NCBI GenBank assembly: GCA_951406725.2
Contig: OX597816.1
Coordinates: 142,724,001 to 142,788,000 of the forward strand
Source of the DNA: Octopus vulgaris
Taxonomy: Eukaryota
Reading direction: 5' to 3'
DNA: 64,000 nt
The notes under the pieces are model-generated. The model saw only the letters and a list, made by a program, of their open reading frames with translations, did not search any database and had not been told where the DNA came from. Below are positions 15,125 to 28,000 of the stretch, piece after piece. Every line of letters begins with the position of its first letter. The stretch's first letter is position 1. The translations under genes and the position numbers were made by a program.

Positions 15125-15275
15125 GCACAGGTGTGGTAAGACGTGTGCTTCCCCACCATGTGGTTCTGGGCTCAGTCCCACAGCAAGGCACCTTGAACAA
15201 GTGTCTTCTGCTATAGCCCTAGCTAATCAAAAACTTGTGGCTAGATTTGGTAGAAGGAAACTGAAAGATGCTAAT
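15125..15275 (+). mobile_element. SINE family A head and body (other copies at about 7870-8010 -, 18715-18865 -, 26400-26510 +, 35810-35945 -, 38120-38280 -, 46880-46990 -)
   Basis: A-box/B-box-like tgtggtaag...gggctcagtccc, then ccttgaacaagtgtcttctgctatagcc; repeated across the window. Confidence 0.78.
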
Positions 15276-15715
15276 TGTGTGTGTGTGTGTGTGTGTATAC
15301 ATACCCACACACATGTGTGTGCTTTCATATATGTATATATATATATACTTTGGGTATGGTAGATGAGTTCAGCAAAAATTTAGATTCAGATGAATATTGT
15401 ACGTAAGTTGAAGCACCAGAATTTAGTACAGTATTATCCATACAATTTCAAAGTAAGGTGATTAAAATCAAAATAAGCAACAAGGATATCTAGAGGTAAT
15501 GGAGTATGATCGCTTCATGCAACTCTATTTAATTGAACAATGCAATCATTACATCAATTTAAAATGCAGAGCAATCCTCAGCTGTACAAAGTCATAGAAT
15601 TTAATTAAATTAGAACAGACAGACACATTAGTATGATTTAACCTAAAATCTCCAAGAAGTTAAGGAGATAGACAAAGAACATGCTGCATTCACTCCAGCA
15701 TAAAACCTTCTATGG

Positions 15716-15757
<42 letters not shown>

Positions 15758-15759
<2 letters not shown>

Positions 15760-16300
15760 TAGCTGAAGGACCTGGTGTTGCCTGGGTTAATGCAGTTCTT
15801 ATTCAGATTTGTAAGCAATTACTATAAGGATATATTTTAATGATTGAACTTAGGCTATAAATACTAGCATGTATTTGTTGAGTTTAAAAACCCTTTGCAT
15901 AGAAAAAGTTGAAAGCTACCCATAGGACATGAGTCCACATCTTTTGTAGGTATGACAGACATTCTAGCATTGGACGAAAGTAACCCTTTGAAATCTTCTA
16001 TCCACTTTAGAAACTTTATTCGGATTGGTGAAGGGAAAATAATATATGGCAACTGTATATTTTAAATCCAGTACACTATAAAAACATGCACTCTCATCAG
16101 TTTTATAGTGTGTCTACTGCAAATTTGTACAACTTTGCCGCAAGCATAGGATGCAAGCCCAGGTAAAATCAACCACTGATGCAGATCTTGGTGGTAGTAA
16201 CAAATAAATGAACACCTTGGAGACTTTACTTACTGCTTAGTGAAATGAATAATTTAGGAGTAGCATGTTTTGAGAGATGTTTCAGTTTATCTATAACCTA
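15758..16300 (+). mobile_element. Helitron/Helentron-like non-autonomous fragment (3' boundary uncertain)
   Basis: Starts tactagctgaaggacctggtgttgcctgggt directly after (TA)n, resembling ACTAGC...CCCGGCGTTGCCCGGG termini. Remnant peptide SIHFRNFIRIGEGK resembles Helitron Rep/helicase motifs. Confidence 0.5.
16137..16225 (+). pseudogene. 28S rRNA-derived fragment (not a functional rRNA gene)
   Basis: tgcagatcttggtggtagtaacaaata (16180-16206) differs by 1 nt from the conserved LSU motif TGCAGATCTTGGTGGTAGTAGCAAATA. The flanks align loosely with neighbouring 28S sequence. Confidence 0.75.
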
Positions 16301-19300
16301 TAGGTATACTGAAGTATCCTTCAAGACACCGTAGATTAGACCATTACATTTAGAAACTAAAAGCTATGATTTTCAACCATTTTATCATGCTAAGTTTCTA
16401 CTGTTTCAATTATTCATTTATTTACAAAGTACATGGCCTTCCCCAGCATATTCTTCATATTAAATATTTTATCACTCTTTTGCCCCAGAATGTTACGTGA
16501 AATCGACTCTGTTAGGATTTAAATTCTGAATATTGTGAGATAAACTATATTATCAAAGGCATTTAATCCACTGCTCCATCAATTTTAAAAATTTTTTGAC
16601 AATTTTTCCAACCTTTTCCAACCATTCTAATAAAAGTTCTAAGGTCACGCAAGGCACACATCGATTTTAAATAATTGTATTTGATGACGAGTTGTTTATT
16701 TTTGTTCTTGTTTCTTTCTTCGTTTTTCTGTTTTAATTTTGTTACTGTTTATTTTTCACCTTTTTTAATTCGGTTTCTTTTGCTTTTGTTTTTCAAAATC
16801 CTTTTGATTTCTCAGAGCCTTTTAAAAATGTTATTTCATTTTACATATTTGTTTTTTATTTTCAACCCTGAAGTTCATTCTTATGGGTTCCTTTGAATTG
16901 ATAAGAAAATAATAAAAACAACTACCACTCTAATCCACCCACCTTCAATAGTTAAGCTTTATAGTTTGTAATGAGGTTTCAGCCTCACTCTCAGACCCTT
17001 AAATTGGCTATTAACTGTCAGATTGTGTAATAATAATAATGATACAATATCATTAATTGATCCATTTCAGCTTGCCATTCCAAAAAAGATGACTCATTTT
17101 ATACCTTATTTTTGTATGGGGATGGTGGTGGTGGTAGTAGAGAGTATTATTAGTGGTGCTGTTTCTCTCCCTTCTACCACCACCACCACCTCTGTAAATC
17201 ACTTCACTATTGAGCCACTGATTGAGCCTTTACATGGTTTCATGACCCGCTATTTATTAATAGCAGCCAAATTTCTTCTAATCACACTCTACTGCCTTGG
17301 GATAAGATTGTTATAGCTGAAATGCCTTTGATCATAAGTCTGGTCCCAGGTTGGTCCTAACTGTGCAAACCACTTCACAACTTTTTATCTCAGTTTGTAA
17401 CACTTTTATGAAGACTAAATTATTTTTGTTCATTATTCAATTTATTTAACTAAATTTAAATTTTTCTCTCTTTACTTCTTTCTCTCTATTTAACCTGTTT
17501 TTTTTCTTGTCCTTACCTACTCTGTCTGTCTGTCTCTGTCTCTTTCTCTCTCTCCCTCCCTCTCTCTCTTTTTCTCTCTCTTCCTCAATATTTCCTGATA
17601 TTTTTTACATTTCACTCTCATTTTATTTTCTTAAATAGTCATCTCTCTTTTCTCTCACTTACCAGGTTTCACTTTGTGTACTCTTAGCTCTCTATTAAGT
17701 TTTGTCCATCTCTGTCTGTGTGTGTGTCTCTCTCTCTCTCTCAAAGCTATTAATGTTTTCATCAACATTACACAAGTCCTGGTTCTTCTCACTCTGTAGG
17801 GCAGTTTATAAGTTTATTCTCTTATGAATAACAGGCATTCATAAATTAACCCATAAAAGACTTTTGAAAAGAAAGGACAGGATTTTTAAAAAAATATTTA
17901 TAATTACTGCTTGAAATAACTTCATTAAACTTTTGATATAAGAATATCAGTTTACATTAGTTCCTCAAAGCATCTACTAAGTCAGTAACAATTCTACCAG
18001 GCTATCACAGGTACTTTTCTCCAGAATAATTTCATAACAAATTGTAACAACTAAAAATAAGTCAGATAAGGAATGGCAATACCAATGACTTTTGTAGGCC
18101 ATCTCAAACTGGTGGGATTGTTAGTAACTAGCCTGAAAGTTTGCAGGAAAACCATGAGTGAGTATGGAACTAGTTAGTGGTGGAGACTGATGCGAACCAA
18201 GGACCAGGTGATGGTAGGTTTCCCCACCACACACACCCTGATATTTCACCTTGAATCAGCCTTAATCAAGTAGACTTATAATCAAAAGTACTTGAACCAT
18301 TTTTCCACTTCCCGTTTTTTTCTGGATGTGGTGTATATTCTACTCTTTTATTTTTTTATTTGTTTCAGTCATTTGACTGTGGCCTTGAAGGGTTTTAGTC
18401 AAATTAAGACCAGGAATTTTTTTTTTAAGTCTAGTACTTATTCTATTGGTTTCGTTTGTCAAACAACTAAATTATGGGGACGTAAACACTAACACTAGTT
18501 GTCAAGCGGTGATGGAGGACAAACACAGATACACATAGACACATACATACATATCATCATCATTTAACATCCATCTTCCATGCATGCATGAGTAGGATGT
18601 TTGACAGGAACCAGCCAGGTAGAAAATTTACCCAAGACTACTGTGTCTGTTTTGGCAGGGATTCCTAACACCAGCCACTCTACAGATATATATACACGCA
18701 CACACACACACACAATGACGGGCTTCTTTTAATTTCTACCAATTCCACTCACAAGGCTTTGTTGGCCCAGGGCCATTGTAGAAGACACTTACCCAAGGTT
18801 CCACACAGTGGGACTGAACCTGGAACCATGTGGTTGGGAAGCAAACTTCTTACTACACAGCCACAATTTATTTTTTAAGTTCAGAAGCTCTCTCTTTGAT
18901 TCAAGGTAGCAATGTGAAACAAGAAACATTGTTGAATTTTAGAATCCTACTCAGAAATACAATGCATCATTCACAACAGAATTTGAATTAACATGCCATG
19001 AACCAAGCACTCTAGCAGTCTTGGATGTTTTAACTTCTACATCCCAGCCATTGAATCAACTCCTTAGTACTCCTATTTATTTACTCTATTTATTTACCTT
19101 GGAGACAAGAATATCATAAAAATATATGAATAGCTAACCATTCAGAAGCAAACCATTCAAAAACTGATGATAAAATCCATTAGAAAATTGTGAAAAACTC
19201 AAAAGCAAAACATATTTAATATCAATATATCAATCTACTGTGATTAGTAAATGTATCTAAATGGAATGTTTTAGCCATTTACTGGAGTTTAGCGGAATAT

Positions 19301-22300
19301 AGTTATTTACTGATCTTTTTAAAGATGAGTGTTCATGTGTACTTCTCTGTACATGCATGTACACACACACAATCTTAACCATGAAAACAATCAATAGACG
19401 AAAGCAATTCATTTTTTTTTTTCTATTTCATTACACACACACACACGCACATATATTACAGAAACTCATTCAGTCATACTTTATGCATACTAACACATGT
19501 ATACATTCACACACACGTGTATATACACCTCATTTGCATTTACATACTTTGCCTCTTGGCCATAAAAGCTGTAAACTACACACATGAATATATATACTGT
19601 GTGTGTGTATTAAAATAGTTATTAAAAAAATGTAATAGACAAATCTCTATAATAGTAACCCTTCTCCTTCAAAAACAGCAACAAAATCACAAATTTAACG
19701 ATACATATTATAATACAGCTCAGTAAATACATTTAATCAAAAATAGAAATGCATCCTCAAGTGCTTTTGATTTTCAGAAGAGGTAACATAGAATTCGTAT
19801 TCAAACAATGATAATTCCCATCTGTTTCACTTGAATTCTTCATGGCTATGGGTTAAATTCTGATAGAAACAAAATGAAAAAAGAAATAATAATAAAATAT
19901 ATCTAAAACTAAATGGCAGTATTTAATGTAAGTATGAAAGGGGGTGGTATATAGAAGTAGTCAATAATGAAACTAAAAACAAATCTTCATATATGTGATA
20001 ATGAGTGAAAACTCAAATCTAAAAGAAGAAAAAAGAAAATAAAATCGAATAGTTTGGGCAAACAAGAATCTAGAAAATAGAAAAGTGTATAGACTGATGG
20101 AAGTTGTTAGGTTGGCAAATATACTAGACAGACAGGCAAACAATCACAGACATATTGACTGACATAGGTATACAGATGGACAAGCATGGACAGACAGGTG
20201 TAGGCAGACAAGCATGGACAGTCAGATAGATGGTAGACACAAAAATATAGCTAGTTAGGCAAAAATGTAGCCAAGATAGGCAGAGATGAAGCCTAGCTAG
20301 GCAGAGAGGTAGAATAAAGTACATTAATATATCAATGATATTAGGAAGTAAAAATATAAAATAAAGGGGAAAATATGGAAGACAAAATATTTTTCAATAA
20401 ACATGGGGCAGCTGATGATATTGATTTAAAGAAAAGTTATATTGAGAGGCAAGAGGAGATAACTTGAAACGATTACAGTTAAGAGGATTTAAGGAGAGAT
20501 TAATTTCTAAGCCTTATGAAGACGTAAAAGTGATGGAGATATAACAAGTATGAAAAAAATAGATTGAAACAAAAATTTTTAAAAAATGGTGCTGTAGTCA
20601 TGAAGTACAGACATGCATGTACAGATACATGCATGTATGCACACACAGGTACAAACTGGCACACTCGCTTACACTCACATACTTCACAATCGGGCAAACC
20701 CCACACATATACACACAAGCATGCAGTTTACTTTCAAGTAGAGGAAGTAGTTAACTGACAGAGCAATAATAAATGCTTGGAATCAATGAAAATCTCAAGA
20801 GGTTTTCCAAGACATGCCAAACACTTTGAATAAATAGCAACAAATTACTTATGTTATAATCAATGCTAGTATAGTAAAAATGCCTTCACTGCCATTAGGT
20901 GATGTTACCAGAAACTAGAAACTTTCAAAGAAATCAATCAATCAATAATGGAAAGAAGCATGTTTTCTATTCCTTTCAGGTTTCTTATGTGTGTGGGTGG
21001 GGAGAGACAATAACAAAAACAAATGTGTAGTGTATATTAATACTGTGACTGGTTTATATTCAGCTGATCATGTTCATTTATGAGTAACCGATTTTAGAAG
21101 CACAAAGGCAGCATTTGAAAAGGGTAGGTATTAATAAAGGAAATGGTATTGTGATTCTTTTGATTGAAAACTAGTAATGGAGTGATTCAGCATTTGCTGT
21201 GAAACATCATATTTCACTATCATTTTCTGCCAGCTCCTCTATGTTGGTGGTAATAATAGCGTCGTTAGAGTGCAAGACTCAGTGAAAATAGTTATGAGTT
21301 GAGCTAATTGCTTTATGATGCATAATTCTGAGTTTAAATCCTCTCAAAATGAATTCTGAATTACCAACATGACATTAGGATTGATTCAATTAAGTATCTT
21401 CATCAATTAAGTACATCCGTCTAGGATAAATTGGCCCTTTGCATGTGCATGCAATTCCTTTATCATTAAGATCTCAGTAAATTGATTTAAGCCCACAAAC
21501 TTTTGAGGGAAGCGATAGGAACCATTACATGGTCACTCAGTATGTTAGAGCTAGAAGCTGAATCTCCCTCAAATGATGCTCTACCAACTTAAAAACAAAT
21601 ACATTGAATAATGTTGACTAATATATGGTATTTCTGAAAAACTAAAATGTGGTAGTTATGGTTTCATTGTATTTTCATTATAGGTCTACTCAGTTTGGAC
21701 CATAGTGGAGGTGTGTAGTTTAGTAATTAGTGTTGAACTCATGAGTGTAAGAATGTGGTTTTGATTCTTGGACCAGGCGATGTGTTGTGCAAAACACTTC
21801 ATTTCATATTACTCCAGTCCAATCAGCTAGTATAACTGTTACCCAGTTACAGACCAGCATATCCCATGAAGGTGGGTAATATATACACAACAGAAGCCAG
21901 CCTTGTTACCCTATGACTTAGGAACAACCTTTGGTCCAATCTGGACCATAACCATCATCATAATTATCACCTGTCATTTCTCTTTCTTTTTAAAGCTTTG
22001 TGCTTTATATAATTAATAATCATCATAATTACATATTAATAATGACTATATTGCTAACTTAGCAGTAATAGAAAATAATGAATTTAAATATTTTTAGATA
22101 CATTTCTCTCTTCTTCTTCTGATTCAAAATCATACCTAGATTAGTTTCGTCTTTCCCGTCTTTAACACTTAAAATAATATCAGTTACATACTGATCTGCT
22201 TGTATTGACTATATAGTTTCCATCTTTTTGATCCAGTGACTCATGAAAATAAATTAAGTCTACCAAGATATTAATGACAGAATAATTATTCTATCAGTTT

Positions 22301-22472
22301 ACTTTTTACTTTGAACTGAAAGTGTCACCAACACTATCTGACTATGATCTATTGTCCTTGTAAAAATGTTCTGTGTGTAGTTAATTTTGTCTGGGTTGTG
22401 ATTAGTGTCCTCTTAATGCTAAAGAAGTAAACAAACAAAACAATAGAATACCACTCCAAGTAATTTCTGGTA

Positions 22473-23764
22473 CGAGGGGCGTTCAATAAGTAATGCCCCT
22501 GACCCACTTCCCATAGCAGTAGAGCAATGAAATTTGGCACAGTTATTAGTCTTTTTCTACATAAAAACCACCCAGAGTTACACATTTCTCCCATCGTTTG
22601 ATGCAGCTCTGGAGACCGTTTTTGTAGAAGACCCCAGCTTGGTCCTCCAACCATGACGTGACTTCAGAAATCAAAGCTGCATCATCTGGGAAACGCTTTC
22701 CTTTCAAAAACAACTTCATGACTGGGAAGAGGGGAAAATCAGAGGGTGCAAGGTCAGGAGAGTAGGGGGGATGGGGGAGGAGTTCATAGCTGCACGCCTG
22801 TGCTTCTGATCTGGTGACATGTGAGTTGTGGACCGGAGCGTTGTCCTGCAGCAGGAGGATGCCTTTGTTGATCTTGCCTCGCCTCTTGATTTTGATAGCT
22901 TCTCTTAATTTCCTCAAAAGTGAAGCATAATAGGCTCCTGTAATTGTGGTACCCTTTGCCAGGAAATCTGTCATCACTACTCCGTCCTGGTCCCAGAAGA
23001 CTGTGAGCATGACCTTACCAGCGGAGGGCTGCACCCTTGCCTTCTTTGGAGGAGGTGAGTCACGGTGCTTCCACTGCATTGACTGGGCTTTGGTCTCTGG
23101 ATCATAGTGATGGACCCAGGTTTCATCCTGTGTAATCAGACTTTTGAAAAATTTTGACTCATCTTCTTGGCACATCTCCAAATTCATCTTCGAGCACTCG
23201 ACGCGTTCTTGCTTCTGGAAAGGTGTGAGCCACCTGGTAATACATTTGGCAGACACCTTTTGCATGTGCAGATGGTCATGAATGATAGTTTCCACAGACC
23301 CGGTATTAATCTTGACCTCATGGGCTATTTGGCGAATAGTTATGCGTCGATCTTCCAAAATGGCAGCCTCAACTTGACGGACAGATGCCTCATCAATGGC
23401 AGAAGAGGGTGACCAGATCTGGGAGCTGTTTCCACAGAGTTCCGACCATGTTTGAATTCATTATGCCAGGGTTTTACAAGGTCATATGATGGGGCATCAT
23501 CACCATAAGTTACTTTAATTTCATCAAAAGTCTTCCGTGGTGTGCGTCCTTTCAAATACAAAAACCGGATCACTGCTCGCCACTCAACAGGCTCCATTTC
23601 ACACTTGACTCAGTTCAAACACCTGTAAATCAGAAACCACAATTAGTTCAGAGCTGTAATTTGCCACTTAATTTATAGAGATATAAATAATTGCACTTGC
23701 AGAATTTCAGCTAGATCAAACAACTGCAAGTGGGTCAGAGGCATTACTTATTGAACATCCCTCG
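22473..23764 (-). mobile_element. Full-length mariner (Tc1/mariner, DD34D) DNA transposon, probably irritans/Bytmar-like
   Basis: 37-bp TIRs (22473-22509 and 23728-23764, 3 mismatches), TA duplications at 22471-72 and 23765-66, length 1292 bp. Confidence 0.96.
22546..23597 (-). pseudogene. Mariner transposase with a single 1-bp frameshift
   Basis: ORFs 23340-23597 (HTH N-terminus) and 22546-23358 (ITQDETW, QDNAP, YSPDLAPSD; 34 residues between D2 and D3) join if one base is restored in the G run at 23407-23409. Confidence 0.93.
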
Positions 23765-23766
23765 TA

Positions 23767-24080
23767 TTTGTATCCTTGTACATATTCTGAGTTCAAATTT
23801 AACTGGGTTTGACATTGTCTTGAATCTTGCTAGAGTTAGTAAAATAAGTACCAATGATATTTTGGTTTCAAATTTTGGCACAAGACCAGTAATTTTGGGA
23901 AAGGGGTTAAGTCAATTATATTGACTTCGGTGTCCAACTGATACTTATTTTATTGACCCTGAAGGGATGAAAGGCAAAGTCAATCTTGACAGAATTTGAA
24001 CTCAGACTGTAAAGAAGGACAAGATGCTACTAAGCATTATGCTTGGTGTGCTAAAGACTCTGCTAGTTCACCTGCCTTGT
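23767..24080. mobile_element. Two SINE family B copies in opposite orientation; the first is interrupted by the mariner
   Basis: ttctgagttcaaat...aaaataagtacc on the plus strand, followed by a reverse-complement copy. Other copies at about 60-210, 3945-4140, 9100-9270, 9690-10040, 13870-14085, 50510-50700, 61020-61190 and 63590-63860. Confidence 0.8.
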
Positions 24081-24392
24081 ACCAGTCATATATTGATACT
24101 GATTTATTCAACTTTGAACCTCTCATGTAATTTTATAATCCTTATCCATTGTAAGAAAACAATTATCATAATCCTGATCAATATTACTACTACTATTACT
24201 TCTCCAAAATGTACAAAATTTCGCACCACTGATTGAAATCTTCATTATTACTGTTATTGAGATAGATACAAAGTATTTAGAGATCTACTTTAATAGACCC
24301 CTAAATATCTTGCATTCAAAATCCTTGGGTCAGTTTCCATCAGCGCTAACTTTACCTTTCATGTCTTTGGTGTGTTAATAAATTATATAACA

Positions 24393-24569
24393 CATTATTT
24401 ACATTACTTACATTTGACAGATATTTGTCCTCATCTTGTTTGTTGTTAACACGTTTCGGCTGGAGGGTATATCAGTCGAAACGTTGTGTTAGCAACAAAC
24501 AAGATGAGGGCAAATATCCATCAAATGTAAATAATGTACATAATTCCTCATCTCTTAAACATAGAACTG
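24393..24569. mobile_element. Foldback (palindromic) element with a 12-bp target-site duplication; probably derived from a Penelope-like terminus
   Basis: Inverted arms of about 60-65 bp around gagggtatat. aattatataaca is duplicated at 24381-24392 and 24570-24581. The centre carries a hammerhead-like stem II plus GAAAC. Confidence 0.8.
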
Positions 24570-27500
24570 AATTATATAACATATTATAAATACAATCATG
24601 TCTTCTCTATAATACAAAACCTTGACCCTTGTCAACAGAAATTTTGACCTCCAGACAAACAGCCTAGACATTCATTTGTCATTGGTTTCTTGTCATTGTT
24701 TTCCAAAAGTGACTTAGTGACCAATAAGTAGACACTATCTTGTCCCAAAGAAGTGTGTTTTGTTTTCTTTGCTGGGAGAATTGATTTATGAGAAAAGCAA
24801 TGATTGAAAAATTTTCGATAAGTTATTGCTGTAGACAGCACAAACCACCCCTCCTCTTTTGTTTTGTTTAATAAAGACTTTTAAAGTATTATACGGCTCT
24901 TGACAAATCAATGTATTGGAGCCTCTGCATACACAACCATAGCCTTCATAGATTAGTGTTGGATCTCTGGACTTGTACTGCTACTGGGCAAATGCCCAGT
25001 GTGCCCATGCCTCAAGATGGTACTGTGTCTAATCTCAACTAAGATGGAATAAACTCTACTTTTTGTTACAAGAGAGAAGGATTAACACTTAATCCATTCA
25101 GTTCTTATTCTACTATTGTTGTTTAACTCAAGTTGGCTTTGATTGAGAAGACCTATGATTGTTACTCCAACCATAACCATTCTTCCTTTTAAGATAGTTG
25201 GAGATAATATGAAGAAGATTTGGCAGCTATTCTTAGGAAGCTGATTTGCTGCATAGTGATTCTCTTAGTGACTCAGTGATAAAGTGCAAAATTTAGGTAG
25301 ATTTAGTTATCATTTCTAGCAGGTTTAATAACACCTTTATTGTCTTATGTATTACAATAATTGGTTAATATGCTAGGAATTGCATACAAGTACTCATATA
25401 CTCATTTGTCTTTCATTACTCTTTCTTACAAGAGACACACTGCCGGAGGGTCATTACTCCAAGAACTCTCTCTCTACCCTATTCTTCATTTCTTCATCTG
25501 TTTACTTTCATTGTTTTCTCTTTCTTTGCTTCAATATAATTATACTCATATTATTTCATTTTGTGAAACTCCAAAGTTCATGGAACCATTGCCTATTTCC
25601 CATTGAGTTAAGTGAATGATTAAGGCAAATACATTCAAGATAGAACAGTAGTTTTCTAGTTAGGAACACTTTCCTATGACAAGAATCAAACTCAGCACTC
25701 CAAATCAACATGTCACTTGTCAATTTTTTTACTACTACTACTACTACTAAGAAGCCAACAAAAGAGAATCTACCATAATCTTTTGAGCAGGTAGACATAG
25801 TCACCAAATGTCTTTAAACTGACATTCAATCAAGTGTATTATGAAAACAAGAAAAATATTGGATAATGTAGCCCAGGGTTCACTATTTCTGGGGAAAAGA
25901 TGGAATGACCATTGCTACTACTTTTGTTTATAGTGGTGAATTCTACCACCTGTAGTACTTACTTACAGCGAGGGAGACTAATTTGATGAAAGCATGTGTC
26001 CTCTGATTGCAGACCATGGACTATTAATTTGTTTGCTAGTCATTGTCTTGTACATGGCACTCTTTACAGTCATCCTTGCTCTCTTTAGCAAACTGTGTAA
26101 AATAGTCCAGCCGTGATCATCTCCTCTTATTTTCAGGCAAGATATGCAAGACAATATTACTCAGTATGTCTTTCCCTTTCTTTTAAGGTATCATTCGAAA
26201 GAAAGTTGACTGCTTTTTCTAGCTGGCTGAGCAACAGTATAAAAGCTCCCACATAAACATAACCGTTTATTAAGCACCCTATATTTTGATGAGGCCAGTG
26301 ACTGAAGGAGGCCTAATGCTTTTCTCAGGTCTATATCAACAGAAGTGAAGAGAATTGACTTTAAATGAACACTAACAAACTGTGTAATTACAAAGTTAAT
26401 TTTCCAATTATTAAGCCTCAAGTTTGACCCCATTGCACATAAAACTTTGGGTAAGTGTCTTCTGCCATAGCTGTGGATCAACCAGTCTTGTGAGTGAAAC
26501 ATGGAAACTGCTTGGCAGTTTATCTGAGGAATTGATCCTATTCTTGGCTGGTAGACCTAATCTGTCACTTAGTTTAACCCTTTTGTTATCATATTTTTTT
26601 TTAAATATACCCTCTTTATTTGAATTAATTTGGAAAATAATGAAGAATTTTGTAAAATAACTTTGTCATTAAGTTGTTTGAAACAAATTAACATGAAATT
26701 TTGATGGGAAATATTAATTTACACCACTTTAAATTTGTAAGTTTCTACCATAGAACCAGAGGCAGTCTTAGTTTGTTTGGTATCAAAAAGGTTAACATGA
26801 GTACCTGACATTTAGATGACTTCAGCAGAATCCACTCTGTTCCAAGCATTCAAGCCAGAATCCTGCTCTGAGAAAGACTTTATTTCCTCTGAGGTCCTGA
26901 AAAGGGACATGAACACTAAAGCATCAAAATACTTTAGGAAGTTGAAGCCGTATCTTAGCGTCAGATGACCAGGAATTAAGATCGTAGAATTAGATACTCA
27001 CCATTCTAATTTTACTTACTTCAAAGAGTTTATTGTTCATCTGGAAATCTGGGAATTTGCCAAAAAACACGCACACACACTCACATAATATGGATAATAA
27101 AGTAGATAATTAAAAAAGTAAAAAACTGTATGCTAAAATTAATTTTTCTTTCTTTGTATCAATGCAGTAGTAGTGTTAGTGTGATAAAAATATATAAAAA
27201 GAACACAAAATGATACTCCAAACTTATTTCAATTTGTTTTTTTCTCCTATATTTATTTTAATTTTATGTTTATTTTTTTGTAGTGGCGGGTGAGGGTTAT
27301 ATTTATATATTTTTGGCCTCTTTCATTATTCTGTTTTTCAAAGCAGAATCTAAAAACAATTGAGATAATGTTTGTGCATGCAGGTACACACTGTGTCTAT
27401 ATTCACGTGTTCTCATATACTATGTACACATGCATATGCACACACTCACACTCACACACACACACATTTACATGCACATTACTTTATATGCTTGTGTATG

Positions 27501-27624
27501 TGTGTATAGGCGTGTATTTTTACAGGTTTACATGCACAAATACACACACATACGTGGGCATGCTCACATCACACCAGGCCTCTTTTACCAAAGTTGTTAT
27601 TGCTTGCCATGACAATAAAAGTCA

Positions 27625-28000
27625 GCAGTACAGCAGCAACAGCAGCAGTAGCAGCAGCAATATTCTTTTCTAGCTGTGTCTTATTTCAGATAGTAATGTG
27701 CTATTTCAGGTGGATGTCAGGCAGGGGTGATGATGAATGGTAGTGGTGGTGATGGTTGTGGTGGTGGTTGGCGGTGAGCTAAGATGTGTAATCTAAATAA
27801 ACACGTCTGTGTTCCTGCTATAAGATACAACCAGCAGATAGAACAGCAGCATCATAACCACTATTATTGTGAGTGTTGTTATTGTTGCAGTTATTGCTAC
27901 TGGTGCTGCTGTTGCAGTTATTGTTGGTGCCGCTACAGTTGTTATTGGTGCTGCTGCTGTTGTTGGCATTGCTATAGCTGTTGTTGCTGCTGCTGTTATG
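27625..28000. repeat. Triplet-rich low-complexity region (CAG, GGT, GTT/GCT)
   Basis: Directly visible degenerate trinucleotide runs. Confidence 0.85.

Noticed and set aside
15125-15190. tRNA gene
   Set aside because: tRNA-like SINE head continuing into the SINE body; no cloverleaf or terminator.
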